From Octopus vulgaris (taxonomy: Eukaryota): DNA of 64,000 bases. Location of the stretch: NCBI GenBank assembly GCA_951406725.2, contig OX597815.1:157728001-157792000 (forward strand). The letters are read 5' to 3'. Position 1 is the stretch's first letter. Each line of letters opens with the position of its first letter. The translations under genes and the position numbers were made by a program. Positions 12,850 through 26,334 of this stretch are shown one piece after another. The notes beneath the pieces were generated by a model. That model did not search any database. It was given only the letters and a program-made list of their open reading frames with translations, and was not told the DNA's origin.

Positions 12850-13400
12850 AGAATAAAATCAATAACATTGGTAGTAATTTTTATCAGGAATTCCCAACCC
12901 ACGCTTGAGTTCGAAGATATTAAATCTAGATACTCCAGGATGACAAGATCGCTGTGACAAGATACGTTGTAGTTGGAGCCACAGCATAGAAAAGAAACAA
13001 AATCTTCTTTCCATAAATATATGGATGATTGACGCAATATTCAATCTTCACTTATGACAAGAATATCACAATATCTAATGTTCAAAGATAGATTAATAAA
13101 TAAGTAAAAAAATGTTGATATAAAAGATAAATAGATACGCATAAATAAAATGCTACTTACTCTAGATCTTGTAAATATCCCCCAATAGGGAATCCCCTTG
13201 TTTGACGTCGTCATTTTAATTCGTAGGAATTAGCTACAGTATTTGTTTTGAATTTCTTGATATCATATCTTTCTACTGATCAATCTTGTGAAAGAAACGT
13301 TGAATATAATGGCCAACTATACACAATAATGGCGTCTTTTCTACTGCGATAAAATATTCCAAAGAAGGTGAGCGTTATTTCTCCGGCGGAAGAAGGAACT
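12850..13400 (-). pseudogene. Ancient non-LTR reverse transcriptase relic
   Basis: Minus-strand motifs in correct RT order: LLWNIL (~13350), DVKQGDSL (~13190-13212), NIRYCDILVISED (~13045-13083, YxDD region), LEYLDL (~12920-12940). Confidence 0.5.
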
Positions 13401-14868
13401 ATAAAGAAATCTTTAGAGAAAAGGAAAGATAATTCAAATTCGCACTTAGAATTTATTCCTGTAGCTTTCTATACAGTCAGCATCTGAAGCAACTAATAAA
13501 AGATAAATCACACTTTTTGTAAGATGCTTTGTTATAAATATTAGAAGTGATCTGAGTCATCAATGCCACTTGTCACATATATTCTTTCATCAAAGAATAT
13601 ACAACAATTTGGCTATATTTTACCCAAAAAATTATTAGACTACAGCTTATGAAATATTCCAAATAGAACATAGCATTCGATTTTCTCTGATTATCCTACT
13701 TTAAAAAATTTTTGCTGTTGGTGATGGTAGGGTATCGAACAACTTAATAAAATGAATTTAGTAAATTGCTTTCTTCACCCTACCAAGTTTCGGAGTATAT
13801 CGAAGACAAAGAAAGTTTATTTCTTAATTTATATATTTTATTTTTTGTAACAACCAAATAATTCCCCAGAGAAAGTATCTGTATCATTAATAGTATGAGC
13901 GACCAATCTCCTTCGAGTTAGTCTGCTTCGTCACATAATTTTCCAAGAGGTTTTAGTTCCTATTCCTGTCAGCTAGTTGAATATCCTGCAGTATTTTCTC
14001 TGGAATACAACGACATGTATGTAGTAAGTTTAAACATACGATCGGTGAGCTGGTGGTCTCATACCTCATCCATTTAACCGTTTCATCTTTAGTTAGCGTA
14101 GATGACCGAATCGACATTGTAGCCGAGGTTTATCAGTTCGTACATGAAATCACCGTTGTATTGTGTCCATAATCAAGATACTGAATTCTCGACAGTTCAG
14201 TTCGAAGGGACCACATATGACATAATTCTTCACCATAATTAGAAAAACACAAAGTGTGTTTAATAAAAAAAAAAACAACCCTTTTTAAAGGAAGCGTGTA
14301 TAATTTTTTCAGGTCACAAACAAGTTGATAGGACGAAAGGAAGAAGGGTTCTTTAGACCGGAAACTTGGTTCGAATGATTGCAGCAGAATAGATTCCTTG
14401 AAGAGGCCCAAAGGTCAGACAGTAACGGTGGTAAACCAGGAGATGGATTCAATCTACTGTGCAAAAACAGGAAAGATCCTTCCGCTCAGCTTCAATATAG
14501 TTTCTATCGACCAAATTTCACTCACACGACTTTGGACCAACAAAAGCTGAAGGAGAAATCTCTTTCCCAAAGTGTCGCACAGTAAGTTTCACCACGAAAT
14601 GACGGAGCTGTGAAGCAAACTTCTTAACCTCAGAGCCTTGTTGATCTGTGGAGTTAACATCTCTGAGAAAACTGCATCTGCAAGAGATGAGAGTTTTATA
14701 CAGCAATGATTTTATATTTCATCAGCCTAATGCAAAAGAGACAAGCACTAGGTTTGCGCATACGTGTGCTGCGGAGAAAATTAACCGAGTTAGCATTTAG
14801 ATTTTATCCAAAGTATAGAACACACACACACACACATGCATGTATGTATGCATTCGTGCGTGTGTATC

Positions 14869-14971
<103 letters not shown>

Positions 14972-15406
14972 ATGAGATTAATAAGATTAAATATCTAAAA
15001 CTATTCGGAAGCAAAAACAATCGATTTGTACTTGATTAAATTTTTTCAATATTAAAAAAGAAACAAAGAAAACTTGTCGACTCACAACAAAACCTAATAA
15101 TATCAGAATAATATAAAATTATTTGTTAAAAAGATGTCAATGTTTTTAATATCGGTGCAACAAAGATTAAAAAAATCGGTATCGATGTTTAAATGTTACT
15201 TGTAAACAAGCGTGCATTTGTTGATTTCATAACCAAATATTAATTATAGGGATAATAAAATAAAAGATAAAGCATATCTAATATTTTTAATTTTTAGCAA
15301 TGTAAAAGATATTCAGAAAAACATTGGGCACGTATTCTAACTTTTCAAAAATTCATAGATCGCTCAAATTCAATATTTAGATCACTCGAATTCAATTTAT
15401 GTAACT

Positions 15407-15977
15407 CTTTTCTACTCTAGGCACAAGGCCCGAAATTTTTGGGGAGGAGGCCAGCCGATTAGATCGATCCCAATACGCAACTGGTACTTAATTTATAGAA
15501 CCCGAAAGTATGAAAGGCAAAGTCGACCTCGGCGGAATTTGAACTCAGAACGTAAAGCCAGACGAACGAAATACCCATTTCTTTACTACCCACAAGGAGC
15601 TAAACACAGAGAGGACAAACAAGGACAGACAAACGGATTAAGTCGATTATATCGACCCCAGTGCGTAACTGGTCCTTAATTTATCGACCCCGAAAGTATG
15701 AAAGGCAAAGTTGACCTCGGCAGAATTTGAACTCAGAACGTAAAGACAGACGAACGAAATACCCATTTCTTTACTACCCACAAGGAGTTAAACACAGAGA
15801 GGACAAACAAGGACAGACAAACGGATTAAGTCGATTATATCGACCCCAGTGCGTAACTGGTCCTTAATTTATCGACCCCGAAAGGATGAAAGGCAAAGTC
15901 GACCTCGGCGGAATTTGAACTCAGAACGTAGCGGCAGACGAAATACTGCTAAGCATTTCGCCCGGCGCGCTAACGTT
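15407..15977 (-). mobile_element. SINE A tandem trimer
   Basis: Three head-to-tail units; junctions read AAAGAAATGG|GTATTTCG on the minus strand; terminal unit has the alternative tail GCCTTGTGCCTAGAGTAGAAAAGA. Confidence 0.9.
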
Positions 15978-16309
15978 AAACATATTGCCCACCAGTTTAT
16001 GTAACTCTGTCATGAACAGAGTTACAAAGAATCAGATTTGCAAAATGAAGGACAAACTAGTGCCGTTCATGCCAACCTATATCTTTTTGAAGGTTGCATA
16101 TGATGGATGGGAAATAATGCTTATGACAAACAACTGAACCCGGGTTAAGAACTCGGCTTGCTCAGAACCGATTTCGTGTTTTTATGAAGCATGTTCTGAA
16201 TTTAGGAAGTCGATTTAAGTAGAGGCATAGGTATTGTACGCCACGTTTTGTTCTAAGTCAGGTCTCATCGAGCAAATCTATGGTCAAAAATGTTTCAATA
16301 CATATATCT

Positions 16310-16524
16310 TGTTTTACTCTTTTATTATTTATTTCACTCATTGGACTTCGGCGATGATGTAGGGTACCGACTTGAAGGAATTAGCCGATTAAATCGACTG
16401 AGTACATAGTGTTTTTACGTTCGGTACTAATTCTATCGACCTCTGTTGTCGTCAAGTGATGTGGGGACAAACAAAAAGCTACGTTCACACACACATCTAT
16501 TCACGCACACGAATACACACGAGA

Positions 16525-16588
<64 letters not shown>

Positions 16589-16740
16589 ATATAATGCGCT
16601 TGCGCAGTATTTCCGTTTACCGAACTCACTCACAAAGCATTGGCCGACCGGGTGTTATAGCAGAAGACACTCAACCTGCAGAAAGCAGCGTGACTGAACC
16701 TTAGACCACGCGGTTGCGAAACAGGCTTCTTAATCACAGA
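16310..16740 (-). mobile_element. SINE B, diverged copy
   Basis: CAGTATTTCCGTTTACCGAACTCACTCACAAAGCATTGGCCGACC and other family B segments, with internal microsatellite. Confidence 0.7.
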
Positions 16741-16757
16741 GTTATCCTGTGTGCGTG

Positions 16758-16789
<32 letters not shown>

Positions 16790-16922
16790 TGTATGTATGT
16801 ATGTATGTATGTATGTATGTATGTATGTATGTATGTATGTATGTATGTATGTATGTATGTATGTATGCATGCATGCATGTATGTATGTATGTATGTATGT
16901 ATATATATATATATATATATAT

Positions 16923-17147
16923 AGGCGGCGAGCTGGTAGAAACGTTAGCACGCCGGGCGAAATTCGTAGCCGTATTTCGTCTGTCGTTACGTTCCGAGTT
17001 CAAATTCCGCCGAGGTCGACTTTGCCTTTCATCCTTTCGGGGTCGATAAATTAAGTACCAGTTACGCACTGGGGTCGATGTAGTCGACTTAATCCCTTTG
17101 TCTGTCCTTGTTTGTCCCCTCTGTGTTTAGCCCCTTGTGGGTAGTAA

Positions 17148-17150
<3 letters not shown>
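16923..17150 (+). mobile_element. SINE A, young full copy in (TA)n
   Basis: Full head, body and tail 1. Confidence 0.92.
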
Positions 17151-17191
<41 letters not shown>

Positions 17192-17194
<3 letters not shown>

Positions 17195-17321
17195 GGTCCC
17201 AGGTTGATTCGGGGTTAACCACAGTAAATAAGGTACTCAATACATAGCAGAGTAAAATTAATTTATTATATAGAAGGAGCTTCTACAGGACTAGAACTGT
17301 TTCATTCAAGAGAAATCTTCA
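17192..17321 (-). ncRNA. PLE-type fragment with truncated hammerhead core
   Basis: Minus: CTGAAGA-TTTCTCTTGAAT-GAAA-CAG TTCTAGTC CTG-TA; the stem I 5' strand is replaced by the adjacent RTE 5' end. Confidence 0.55.
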
Positions 17322-20300
17322 GGGGTGTACGGGGTGTACGGGAGGGGTAGTACATCTGACAGTCGTGCTCCTCCTTGGAGTAGTTGATCCGCCTTGGTCC
17401 CCACCTGCACTCAGCTCTCACTTGTGGCTCCTAGTAGCTATTTGTATGTAACAGCGGCCACTCCCCGGGCAACGGCTTCGACTAGCCGGCTAAACCAAGT
17501 GAGGGTAGCCGACCGGTCTTAAACATTCGGCGAGTTAGGGCTTGCCTACCTACGCATACGAAGACTGGAGCCGGCTGATTCTATAGAAGCAACCACCAGA
17601 ACGGTTTCAACGGATAAGAGGGCGGTTACAGCAGGGCACCGTGGAGTGCATAGGGCAAGATGAGGCACTATAGGACATCTTGATCATTCACTGCATCTGG
17701 TTCTGTCCCCAGTCGTCTTGATCTGGTCTTGCCACTGGTTAAGACGGTCTCGGACGTGAGAGTGAGGTCGGCGATGCGCAACCCCTCCTCACTTTAAACA
17801 AAGTTTCCTCGCGCAAGTCATTTTTCATCTTTCTTTCCACCCCTTCATCCCAAAGTGCTGTGGCGACAGGTGTGGGTACACTGGAAGTCGTAGCCGCAAA
17901 CCTGCACACAGGCGGTTCAGGCCATAGGATCGCTGTTCACTGACCTGCAGCAGCAGTGGATTTCGACAGCCGTCTGGGCAACTGAGCAGTCCTATTTAGG
18001 AACGCACTGCTCACCTCCATGGCATGAGGAGCAGACTAGAAAAGGTGTCCCAAACATTGCCTGCTTCACCTACCCTAGTCAGCCTACCGTGACTGGAGGG
18101 GACCCTACACACTGCAGTCGAAACAAAGAACAAAGAAAAAGAGCGGGGAGTACACCACTCATCCTCGCTGTTTGGCACTTTCGTATGCTTCTTGACAGAG
18201 ACGAGTCGGAGAAACTCCAGAGACGCACAGCACTCATAGCAAATGAACTCGCCAGATATAACATCGACATTGCAGGATACACTTTCTTTTGGAGTGGATG
18301 TGGACCTGAAGAGAGAAGAGAAGCTGGAGTTGGCTTTGCAGTTAAGTCGACATTGGCTGGCAAGTTGGTTGGTCCCCCAAACGGTATGAATGATCGCCTA
18401 ATGACGATGAGACTCCCCCTTTGTCGTGGACAGAAGCACACCACCATTGTCAGCGCCTATGCTCCCATCATGACGAATCAAAATGAGACCAAGAACAAGT
18501 TCTATGAAGACTTGAGCTCTGTCATCACCGCGGCTCCACGCGCAGACGAACTCATCATTCTAGGTGACTACAATGCGAGAGTTGGTCGTAATAGTGTCTC
18601 ATGGGAAGGAGTGATTGGGAAACATAGAGTTGGCAACTGCAATAGCAACGGTCTGCTACTCCTCCAGACCTGTGCAGAGCATGGCCTCCTGAACACCAAC
18701 ACCATCTTTAACCTCCCCAACCGCAACAGAACGTCCATGGATGCATTCCCGTTCAAAGCACTGGCACCTCATCGACTACGTTATCATAAGGAAGAGGGAC
18801 AGGCAAGACGTACGAGTTATGAAGACCATGTGTGGCGCAGATTGCTGAACAGATCACCGCCTTGTTGTATCCAAATTCAACCTTAGAGTTCATCCCAAGA
18901 GACGACCATAAAATAGGAAAGCTTGAACATCGGCAAGCTGAAGGATAGCAACGTCAAGTAGTTATTTACTGATACATTGGAGCAACGCTTGGACCCCATT
19001 GTGCTACAAGGCAAGAATATTGAGGAAACCTGGGCTGCACTCTAGTAAACGTTGTACGACACAACCATGGAATGCCTTCAGCCATCTACAAAGAAGCACA
19101 GGGACTGGTTTGATGAGAACTGCGCAGAGATCAAGCCACTACTAGAGGAAAAGCATCGTGTTTACAAAGCTCACCTCACTGACCCCAAGTCAGTTTCAAA
19201 GAGAGACAGACTGTGGATTGAACGGAGCAAAATCCAAACGAAGTTGTGCCAGATGCAGGATTCCTGGCTTAGCAGCAAAGCAGACATAATCCAGGGCTTT
19301 GCAGATAGAAATGACATGAAGAATTTCTATGACAGCTTGAAGAAAGTTTACGGTCCTACTACTCTAAGAACACTGTCTCCCCTCCTTAGTGCTGACAGGG
19401 CAACACTGATCACTGACAAGGAAAAGGTATTAGAGAGATGTGCTGAACATTTCGACAGCGTCCTGAATAGGCCTTCCACCATCAATGGTGGAGATATCAA
19501 TAGGCTACCTCAAGTCTCCGTTGAGGAGTCAATGGACATCGAACCAACTTTGGAGGAAATTCAGAAAGCATGCTGCCTACTGTCCAGTGGCAAAGCACCT
19601 GGTCCGGACTCCATTCCAAGTATTCAAAGAAGGCGGTATGGCCCTGACCAGGAAAATTCACCAGCTGTTTCAGCTCATCTAGATGTACGAGACAGTGCCT
19701 CAGGACTTCAAGGATACCTCCATCATCCACCTCTATAAGTGAAATGGAAACCACCAGGTCTGTGACAATCATCGCAGAATTTCACTGTTGTCCATCACAG
19801 GAAAGGTCCTGGCTACAGTTTTGCTCAACCGCCTCATTACACACCCAGAGCAGGGTCTCCTACCTGAGAGCCAGTGTGACTTCTGGAAAGAAGGTGGGAC
19901 TATCGACATGGTGTTTGCTGCAAGACAGCTGCAGGAGAAGTGTCGGGAAGTGTCGACCTCCACTCCACCTACATCGACCTGTCCAAGGCCTTTGATACCA
20001 TTAGTAGAGAAGGTCTCTGGAGAATCTTGGCGAAGTATGGATGCCCCAGAAAATTCATCACCATCGGAAGTATCGATGGCATGTTGGCAAGGGTACAGGA
20101 CAACGGAGAGACCTCTGATCTATCCCCTGTCTCCAACGGAGTGAAACAAGGATGCGCCCTTGCTCCCACCTTGTTCAGCCTTACGTTCTCAGCCATGCTG
20201 ACAGATGCTTTCAGGGACACAGACATAGGCATCGGCATCAAGTACCGGTCCGGTGGTTCAGTCATCAACCTCGGGAGGTTCAAAGTGAAAATCAAGGTTT

Positions 20301-21302
20301 CAGTAGACACCGTCAACGACCTCCTGTTCGCCGACGACTGCTCTCTCAATGCTACCACTGAGTCCAACATGCAGCACAGCGTTGACTTGTTCTCTGGTAC
20401 CTGCAACAACTTTGGCCTTACTATCAATACAAAAATGACTGAGGCAATGTATCAGCCAGCTCCAACCAAGCCCTACGTTGTGCCCAACATCACCAACGGG
20501 CAGCGACTGAACGCGATGGACAAGTTCACCTACCTTGGCAGCACACTCTCTAGAAATGTCGTCGATGATGAAATCAACGCCAGACGCGCCAAGGCAAGCG
20601 CTGCCTTCGGCAGGCTACGTAAGACTGTCTGAGACAGGAGGGAGATCACCATCATGACAAAGATCAAGGTGTACCGGGCTGTTGTTCTCACAACGTTGCT
20701 TTACGGCTGCGAGTCCTGGACGGTCTACCAGCGTCATGCCGGGAAGCTGAACCATTTTCATACAATACGCCCCAGAAAACTTCTCGGCATAAGGATCCCG
20801 GACACCGAGGTACTAATACGTGCTAACCTGCCCAGCATTTATACCATCTTGATGCAGTCTCAGCTTCGCTGGGCAGGGCACGTAGCTCGCATGTCAGACG
20901 ATCGATTACCAAAAAGATTGCTCTTTGGCGAACTGCAAAAGGGAAAGCGCTCACAAGGTGACCAGAAGAAGCGCTTTAAGGACACACTGAAAGCTTCTCT
21001 GACAGCCTTCAACATCGACCACGACACTTGTTAGCAGTCTGCTCTAGACAGAGAAGGGTGGCGACCAGCTGACCACAAGGGTGCCAACACATGCGAAACC
21101 AATAGAACGGCTGCTGCAGAAGACCGCAGAGAAGCCAGGAAGAACAGAGCTAACAACCCTGTAGCAGGCGCTACCATTCCCTGTCCACACTGTCAAAGAC
21201 TCTTTCGGGCGCAGAATGGCCTCACTAGCCATCTGGGGACTCTCAAAACAAGCCCCACCTCCCAGGATAACTAGATGGTCTTCGTCGCATCGACGGAAAA
21301 AC
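17322..21302 (+). mobile_element. RTE-clade LINE, near full length, inactivated (APE endonuclease + RT + C-terminal C2H2-like finger)
   Basis: 18089-18886 GYTFFWSG..GVGFAV..IVSAYAP..LGDYNARVG (APE). 19052-20632 KAPGPD, YIDLSKAFD, GVKQGCALAPTLF, LFADD, FTYLGS (RT). 20654-21034 [32 protein letters not shown] at ~21180-21238. Many stops/frameshifts. Confidence 0.96.
17331..17505 (+). ncRNA. HDV-like self-cleaving ribozyme at the RTE 5' end
   Basis: P1 GGGGTGT/ACTCCCC (one mismatch), P2 CTCTCACTTGT/AC(C)AAGTGAGGG, P3 GGC/GCC, L3 starting TCCT, P1.1 GG 17467-17468, P4 CGGCT/AGCCG, J4/2 GCTAA. Confidence 0.75.
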
Positions 21303-21310
21303 TACACACG

Positions 21311-21341
<31 letters not shown>

Positions 21342-21348
21342 ACATATA

Positions 21349-21408
<60 letters not shown>

Positions 21409-21498
21409 TATATGTGCGTGTGTGTATGCGTACGTATGTATGTATGTATGTATGTATGTATGTATGTATGTATGTATGTGTGTGTGTGTGTGTAAATA

Positions 21499-21649
21499 AG
21501 GAGTGACTGTGTGGTAAGAAGCTTGCTTCTCAACCTCACGGTTCCGGGTTCAGTCCCACTGCGTGGCACCCTGAGTGTCTTCTACTATAGTCTCGGGCCG
21601 ACCAGTCTTGTGAGTGGATTTCGAAGACGGAAACTGAAAGAAGCTCGTC

Positions 21650-21652
<3 letters not shown>
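21499..21652 (+). mobile_element. SINE B 5' half
   Basis: GGAGTGACTGTGTGGTAAG..GGTTCAGTCCC..GGAAACTGAAAGAAGC, ending at the microsatellite. Confidence 0.85.
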
Positions 21653-21707
<55 letters not shown>

Positions 21708-22189
21708 ACATATATCAACATATATACATAACACACACACACACACACACACACATACACACGCACGATTATAAATTCACGCTTCTCATAAAGACCATTT
21801 TAGCCGATTATGTTTTTGCACGCACGCTTCTTGCACGTGATTTACTGCACTTTAATAAGGCGTTGTAATTTAACGACCGATTATTAACTGACCTCTCAAT
21901 CACTGTAGATACTTATTTCTAGATACTTTTGATTCATCCTCCTTATATATATATATACATATGTGTGTGAGTGTGTGTGTGTGTATGCATATAAATATAT
22001 ATGTATGCACACACATACACACACACACACGCACATATATATAGATATTATGGCTGTCTACTCTGGCTGTCTACTCGTTAGAGAAGCATGGCCATCGATG
22101 ACTGTGTCAGCAATGGCCGTGCAGGGATTTTGAGTCGAGCGTAGCCTGCATACCACCACAACGGGTCTCACTAGCAATACTGGTGTCTG

Positions 22190-22795
22190 TTTGGCGGACA
22201 AAATGCTTAGCGGTATTTCTTCTGGCGGCGCTAAGCACGCCGGGCGAAATGCTTAGTGGTATTTCGTCTGCCGCTACGTTCTGAGTTCAAATTCCGCCGA
22301 GGTTGACTTTGCCTTTCATCATTTCGGGGTCGATTAAATAAGTACCAGTTACGCACTGGGGTCGATATAATCGACTTAATCCGTTTGTCTGTCCTTGTTT
22401 GTCCTCTCTGTGTTTAGCCCCTTGTGGGTAGTAAAGAAATAGGTATTTCGTCTGCCGCTACGTTCGGAGTTCAAATTCCGCCGAGGTCGACTTTGCCTTT
22501 CATCCTTTCGGGGTCGATTAAACAAGTACCAGTTACGCACTGGAGTCGATGTAATCGATTTAATCCGTTTGTCTGTCCTTGTTTGTCCCCTCTATGTTTA
22601 GCCTCTTGTGGGTAGTAAAGAAATAGGTATTTCTTCTGGTTCTTTACAGTCTGCGTTCGAATTTCGCGGCGGTCAACTTAGCTTTTCATCCCTCAGGAGT
22701 AGATAAAATTAAGTACCAGTTGAGCATTTGGTGTCGATGTAAGCGACTTATCACCTCTTTCATAAAACTTGCCGGCCATTTGCCAACATTTCAGA
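22190..22795 (+). mobile_element. SINE A nest (two young units inside an old copy)
   Basis: Junctions AAAGAAATAG|GTATTTC at ~22442 and ~22627; GGTATTTCTTCTGG occurs on both sides of the insert. Confidence 0.9.
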
Positions 22796-22832
22796 TGACA
22801 ATGAAAGAAAAGTTTAGTGGAAGCGCAAATAA

Positions 22833-22873
<41 letters not shown>

Positions 22874-23264
22874 TACAGTCAATACAGTAGTATGGTTAGT
22901 ATATTTACGTGGTTACCAAGTATATTAAACAGTTGAAAACTTACTATTTTAAAAAGGTTTTATTGAAAAATACCGAAAGAAAATCTATAATATTGGCCAG
23001 GTATCATGTAATTTACGCAAATAAGGGCCAGGGACTATAGAAAGTTTGCAAACTGCTTGTGGCAACTAGAAAAAAAATCATTTTATAGACTAGTTCTCAC
23101 AGCTGATTAGCATTGTAATCAATTGATATTTAATATATTTATTTCAGCGCCGCCATCACGATCGATTGGTTTGCTAGAAACTGATGACGTTCCACAAAAT
23201 TTGGGAACATTCTATAAGCAGGCTTTGCAAACAAGCGTTACCTGACAACGACTCACAAGTGAGA

Positions 23265-23460
23265 TGACCAGCTAGAAATAACAACCAAATCTTCAAGTGT
23301 ACTAACAAAAAAAAACAAAAAAAAACGGGAAGACGTAATAAATAATGCTGTCGTAGTTACAATATATCTAGAAGAAAATGACGGCTTGGTTGCGTTTGGA
23401 ACGCTTTAATCAAGCGTTACTTGATCAGGACTGACCAAGGGCTAAACTGAAACAACTCAT
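23265..23460 (+). repeat. Old interspersed repeat (other fragments ~4243-4350, ~23875-23915, ~42200-42360)
   Basis: Shared GACC..CTAGAAATA.CA.CCAAAT start and ATCAG..CTGA...AGGGCTAAA end. Confidence 0.5.
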
Positions 23461-23944
23461 AGAAACAGCAGCGGAATGTAAATATGTCGGAGATAAGACA
23501 AACGATTTAAGTCAGCAAACTTATTGATTATAGATTGGCAAATCATAGCTGACTTGAGACTGAATCAACACCACCATCAAAAATAGTGGCTTTGTTAACA
23601 TTTGCGTATTCGTCAGTGATTTATGTTTTGTAGCGGTCAGCCTGAAAAACAAATCCGAGTAAATACTCTATAGATTTTTGTGTTGTAATAACTGTCAGAA
23701 AAGAGGATATGGAACAAAGGGTTGTTTTTCAAAATAAATATACAAAACAATGCTATCAAAGATTCAAGAAGAATGATGGCGTAAGAGATATTTAAATGAA
23801 GATTTTTATGATCTAGGTTTCGTTTAGGCTCAATTCCATTCCGATAAACCAACGGAGGTGTTACTATGCATTTTTTCGACCTACTAGAAATGGCAGCCAG
23901 ATATCTCCTCCAAAATATAGCTTACACACACACAAACACGCACG

Positions 23945-24027
<83 letters not shown>

Positions 24028-24404
24028 ATAAATAATGCTATTTGAACAATTAACAGAGTGGCATCACCGATAAGGATTAATTCGATCCGAAATCACCGGT
24101 GATCTGACGCCCTTGTTTGTTGCAGGGAGACTGTCTCCCTTGTCAGTCGATAGATAGTGGTATTTATACAGAAAATGCTATGTCCATGTTTTGACTCTTA
24201 TTTCTAGCAGTGCTGGTGCTGACTTGCACCCTTAGTGATGTGTGTATTTGTACCTTTTAGTTTGAAATTGCGATTAGTCACTTTAATAATAATAACAACA
24301 ACAACAACAACAACAATAATAATACTACATACATACATACATACGTACATAATACATACATACGTACGTACATACATACATACATACATACATACATACA
24401 TACA

Positions 24405-24436
<32 letters not shown>

Positions 24437-24464
24437 CATGTATGTATGTATGTATGTATGTACG

Positions 24465-24548
<84 letters not shown>

Positions 24549-24549
<1 letters not shown>

Positions 24550-25763
24550 CCATTGCGAACGACAACGCGAAGTTCAATATTCTTATTGCAGACTTGGTAA
24601 GAGTGATGAGGAATGTGTCTCGAATATGCGTTCCTATGGAATTGGAAAGAAACATACAACACTTCATCCACCGCATGCAGTTCTCTGGCTACAACCAAAA
24701 GTACAGGATTAGAGTGTAGAAAGGAGCCAGGGCTAAGTACAAGGCCATCATAAAGAGTGATGCAAATAGAATCTGCCCGCTATACAGGACTGAACAGCAC
24801 AGAAAAGATCGGAAAAACGATAGATAAGGCCAACTCATGGTATGACAACAAAATATACCAGAGTATCATGTTCGCTGGCGGCGAACTAGCATACTTTTTT
24901 AGAAAAAACACTAGATGAGGCCAATCTACGGATTAAAGTAGTAGAAAGGCCTGATGCCCCTATAAAATCCCCGATCTGTAGAACTTGTCCCTTCGATAGG
25001 TCCCCATGTATGGAGAACAATTGTATTGTAGGTAGGATGAACCCACAGTTTAACTGTAAGGGTAAGAATATAGTGTATATCTTACAATGTACTGAGGGAT
25101 GGTGCTGAAGCATGACAACTATTTAAATGAAGAGATAGCATGTAGCATAGGGGAGCGTATAGCTGAACACTGGCGGGTGCTCAAAAAAGAGAAAGGCTCG
25201 TCAGTGCTCTACCAACATGTTCAAGTAGAACATAGAGGCTCAGTCAATAACATAAAGGCCAAGGTATTATCAACGCATAGAACTGACACGACACTTAGAC
25301 AGATCACAGAGGCTACACACATAGAAATAGAGAGACGGAGCTTCGACAAGAAATACGAATGGAACAATAATACCCACCCCCACACCACACAACATGACGA
25401 CTAAAGACTGAAGGGAGAAAAAAAACAGATAAAAACACATACAATAGACATATAAAAAAATTAGAGATAAATAAAAAAAACAGTATAAAGGCACGGATAA
25501 AAATAACATATACAGCGAACCCATATACACACACAAAAACATATATGGTAACTTCACAGACTAACAACACGACTAACAACAATAGGAACAGTGGTAACAT
25601 CAATGGCAACAACAACAACTATCACGATCGCAGAGGCGTGGGCGAACACACAAACACAGAGAGTTACAAGATTGGTACGAAAAGTCAAGTTCAAGGGCAG
25701 CAACAGCAACAGGGTAGGGGACGGGCTTGAGGGGAGGGTCATAGTGCTGCTAAGAACAATCAC

Positions 25764-25814
<51 letters not shown>

Positions 25815-26135
25815 CACACATGTATACACACACACTCAAATTCAGTCGCATGTGCATATAAGGATACATGTCATAGAAGAACAGAATGGAATGAGCGGAG
25901 CAAGAGCACACACGAAGATAGAAAGTGCCGTTGAGGAGGTCACAGATGTGTGACGAAAACTTTCCGGGCACTGGACATGAGTTAGAAAAAATAACAGTGA
26001 TAGACATGAATAGTGACAAAAGAATAGTGATAAACAATGATAGACATAAAATGAGTGAATAACGAATATATAGTGCATGTGTTTATTAGGCAAAAATAAA
26101 AGTAAAAAAATGACCATCCCGACGAAATACAATAA
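24549..26135 (+). mobile_element. Penelope-like element 3' portion (RT thumb, Cys linker, GIY-YIG endonuclease, 3' pLTR with hammerhead), decayed
   Basis: KFNILIADLVRVMRNVS..FIHRMQFSGY (thumb). NCKGKNIVYILQC..SIGERIAEH..SVLYQHVQVEH..RQITEATHIE..KYEW (GIY-YIG, ~25050-25363). Hammerhead-like motif at 25925-25971. Confidence 0.85.
25925..25971 (+). ncRNA. Degenerate type I hammerhead in the PLE 3' repeat
   Basis: GTGCCG-TTGAGGA-G-GTCACA GATG TGTGAC-GAAA-ACTT-TC-CGGGCAC. Confidence 0.55.
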
Positions 26136-26257
26136 TATATGTATATACACAAGTAAATACTTGTGACTTAGCTGGAATTTTCTATTGATTTTCCTTATTA
26201 AAATATTGCGTAATGAAATCGGTTCATTCTCTTTGAATAACCCTGTATATATATGAT

Positions 26258-26328
<71 letters not shown>

Positions 26329-26334
<6 letters not shown>

